This document shows, one piece after another, positions 63,480 to 64,000 of a stretch of 64,000 nucleotides of DNA. Below the pieces are notes generated by a model that did no database searches, was not told the origin of the DNA, and saw only the letters and a list, made by a program, of their open reading frames with translations. Position numbers and translations under genes: made by a program. This stretch comes from an uncultured Victivallales bacterium (GTDB lineage: Bacteria > Verrucomicrobiota > Kiritimatiellia > UBA8416 > SLMC01): positions 239 through 64,238 of the forward strand of contig CAZYAW010000088.1 in NCBI GenBank assembly GCA_964646045.1, written 5' to 3'. Numbering within the stretch: the first letter of the stretch is position 1; every line of letters starts with the position of its first letter.

Positions 63480-64000
63480 ATGGCGGAATCCGAATCGGGA
63501 AACGCGAAAGTAGCGGAAGAAAAAGAAAAAGGGTCGCAAGGGAGCGAGGTCGAATCGGCTTCGTCCGCTCCTGCGGAAAGCGGCTCCGACCTGAAAGGAA
63601 GTGGCGGAGAGGCCTCGTCGTCAGGGACGGAAACCGAGACGGAGACCGGGGTCAAGGCTCCGCGCGCAAAGAAGGGCGTAAAAATCACGCCGACGGGCAT
63701 TGCCCATATTCGCGCAACGTTCAACAACACGACGGTTACGATATCGGACCCCCAGGGCGGCGTGATTTCGTGGTGCACGGCGGGACGGGCTGGCTTCAAG
63801 GGGTCGCGGAAAAGCACGGCGTTCGCGGCCACAACTGTGGGACAGGATGCCGCCCGCCAGGCGGCCGCCAAAGGTATGCGCGAGGTTGAGGTGCGTGTTT
63901 GCGGCGCGGGTTCGGGGCGTGAATCCGCCATCCGCGCGCTGCAGTCCTCCGGACTCAGTGTTTCGGTCATCAAAGATGTGACCCCTATGCCGCACAACGG
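63480..64000 (+). CDS. rpsK: 30S ribosomal protein S11, 5' part (continues past window end), with ~50-aa acidic/Ser-Thr-rich N-terminal extension
   Basis: GGAGG Shine-Dalgarno, then ATG. The S11 core ([22 protein letters not shown]) begins after a low-complexity leader. No stop before 64000. Confidence 0.8.
   Translation, partial: MAESESGNAKVAEEKEKGSQGSEVESASSAPAESGSDLKGSGGEASSSGTETETETGVKAPRAKKGVKITPTGIAHIRATFNNTTVTISDPQGGVISWCTAGRAGFKGSRKSTAFAATTVGQDAARQAAAKGMREVEVRVCGAGSGRESAIRALQSSGLSVSVIKDVTPMPHN

Overview
This 64-kb window is about 65% GC. From the gene content it looks like a Gram-negative bacterium with PVC-like traits: extended ribosomal proteins, a Bat/MoxR operon and a mannosylglycerate-synthase-like gene. 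Which lineage it is cannot be settled from sequence alone. No searches or alignments were run; all calls come from reading the translations and DNA.

- Left ~31.5 kb: almost entirely minus-strand.
  - 1-331: 3' end of efp.
  - 313-2803: a convergent GT4 + GT78-like (mannosyl-/glucosylglycerate-synthase-like) glycosyltransferase pair.
  - 2804-3722: a ~0.9-kb gap with coding-like wobble signal in shifting frames.
  - 3723-4824: a standalone CpaF/VirB11-type ATPase.
  - 4968-10258: an envelope block of murJ, a GT9 heptosyltransferase, lpxK and a TPR protein.
  - 10444-17326: a six-gene glycan operon (response regulator, two GT4, a MOP/MurJ-like flippase, a GT4, an O-antigen-ligase-family protein) chained by 4-nt start/stop overlaps.
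  - 17485-31485: an eight-gene MoxR/vWA operon on the minus strand, running BatA-like vWA -> large vWA protein -> squalene-cyclase-repeat protein -> 1227-aa membrane/coiled-coil protein -> NPCBM-domain protein -> MoxR -> Zn-ribbon-MoxR -> DUF58.
- Right ~32 kb: plus-strand. HldE adenylyltransferase-domain gene, hldD, icd, then tRNA-Thr, tuf, rpmG, tRNA-Trp, secE, nusG, rplKAJL, rpoBC, the str operon (rpsL, rpsG, fusA), and the S10/spc/alpha ribosomal operons through secY, adk, map, rpmJ, rpsM and the start of rpsK.
- L30 (rpmD) and infA are absent.

The most unusual single feature is the eight-gene MoxR/vWA operon (17485-31485). Other points worth a second look:
- a divergent EF-Tu switch I (KILTI instead of RGITI);
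- a zinc-ribbon form of L24;
- several extended ribosomal proteins;
- the possibly frameshifted locus at 3.1-3.7 kb.
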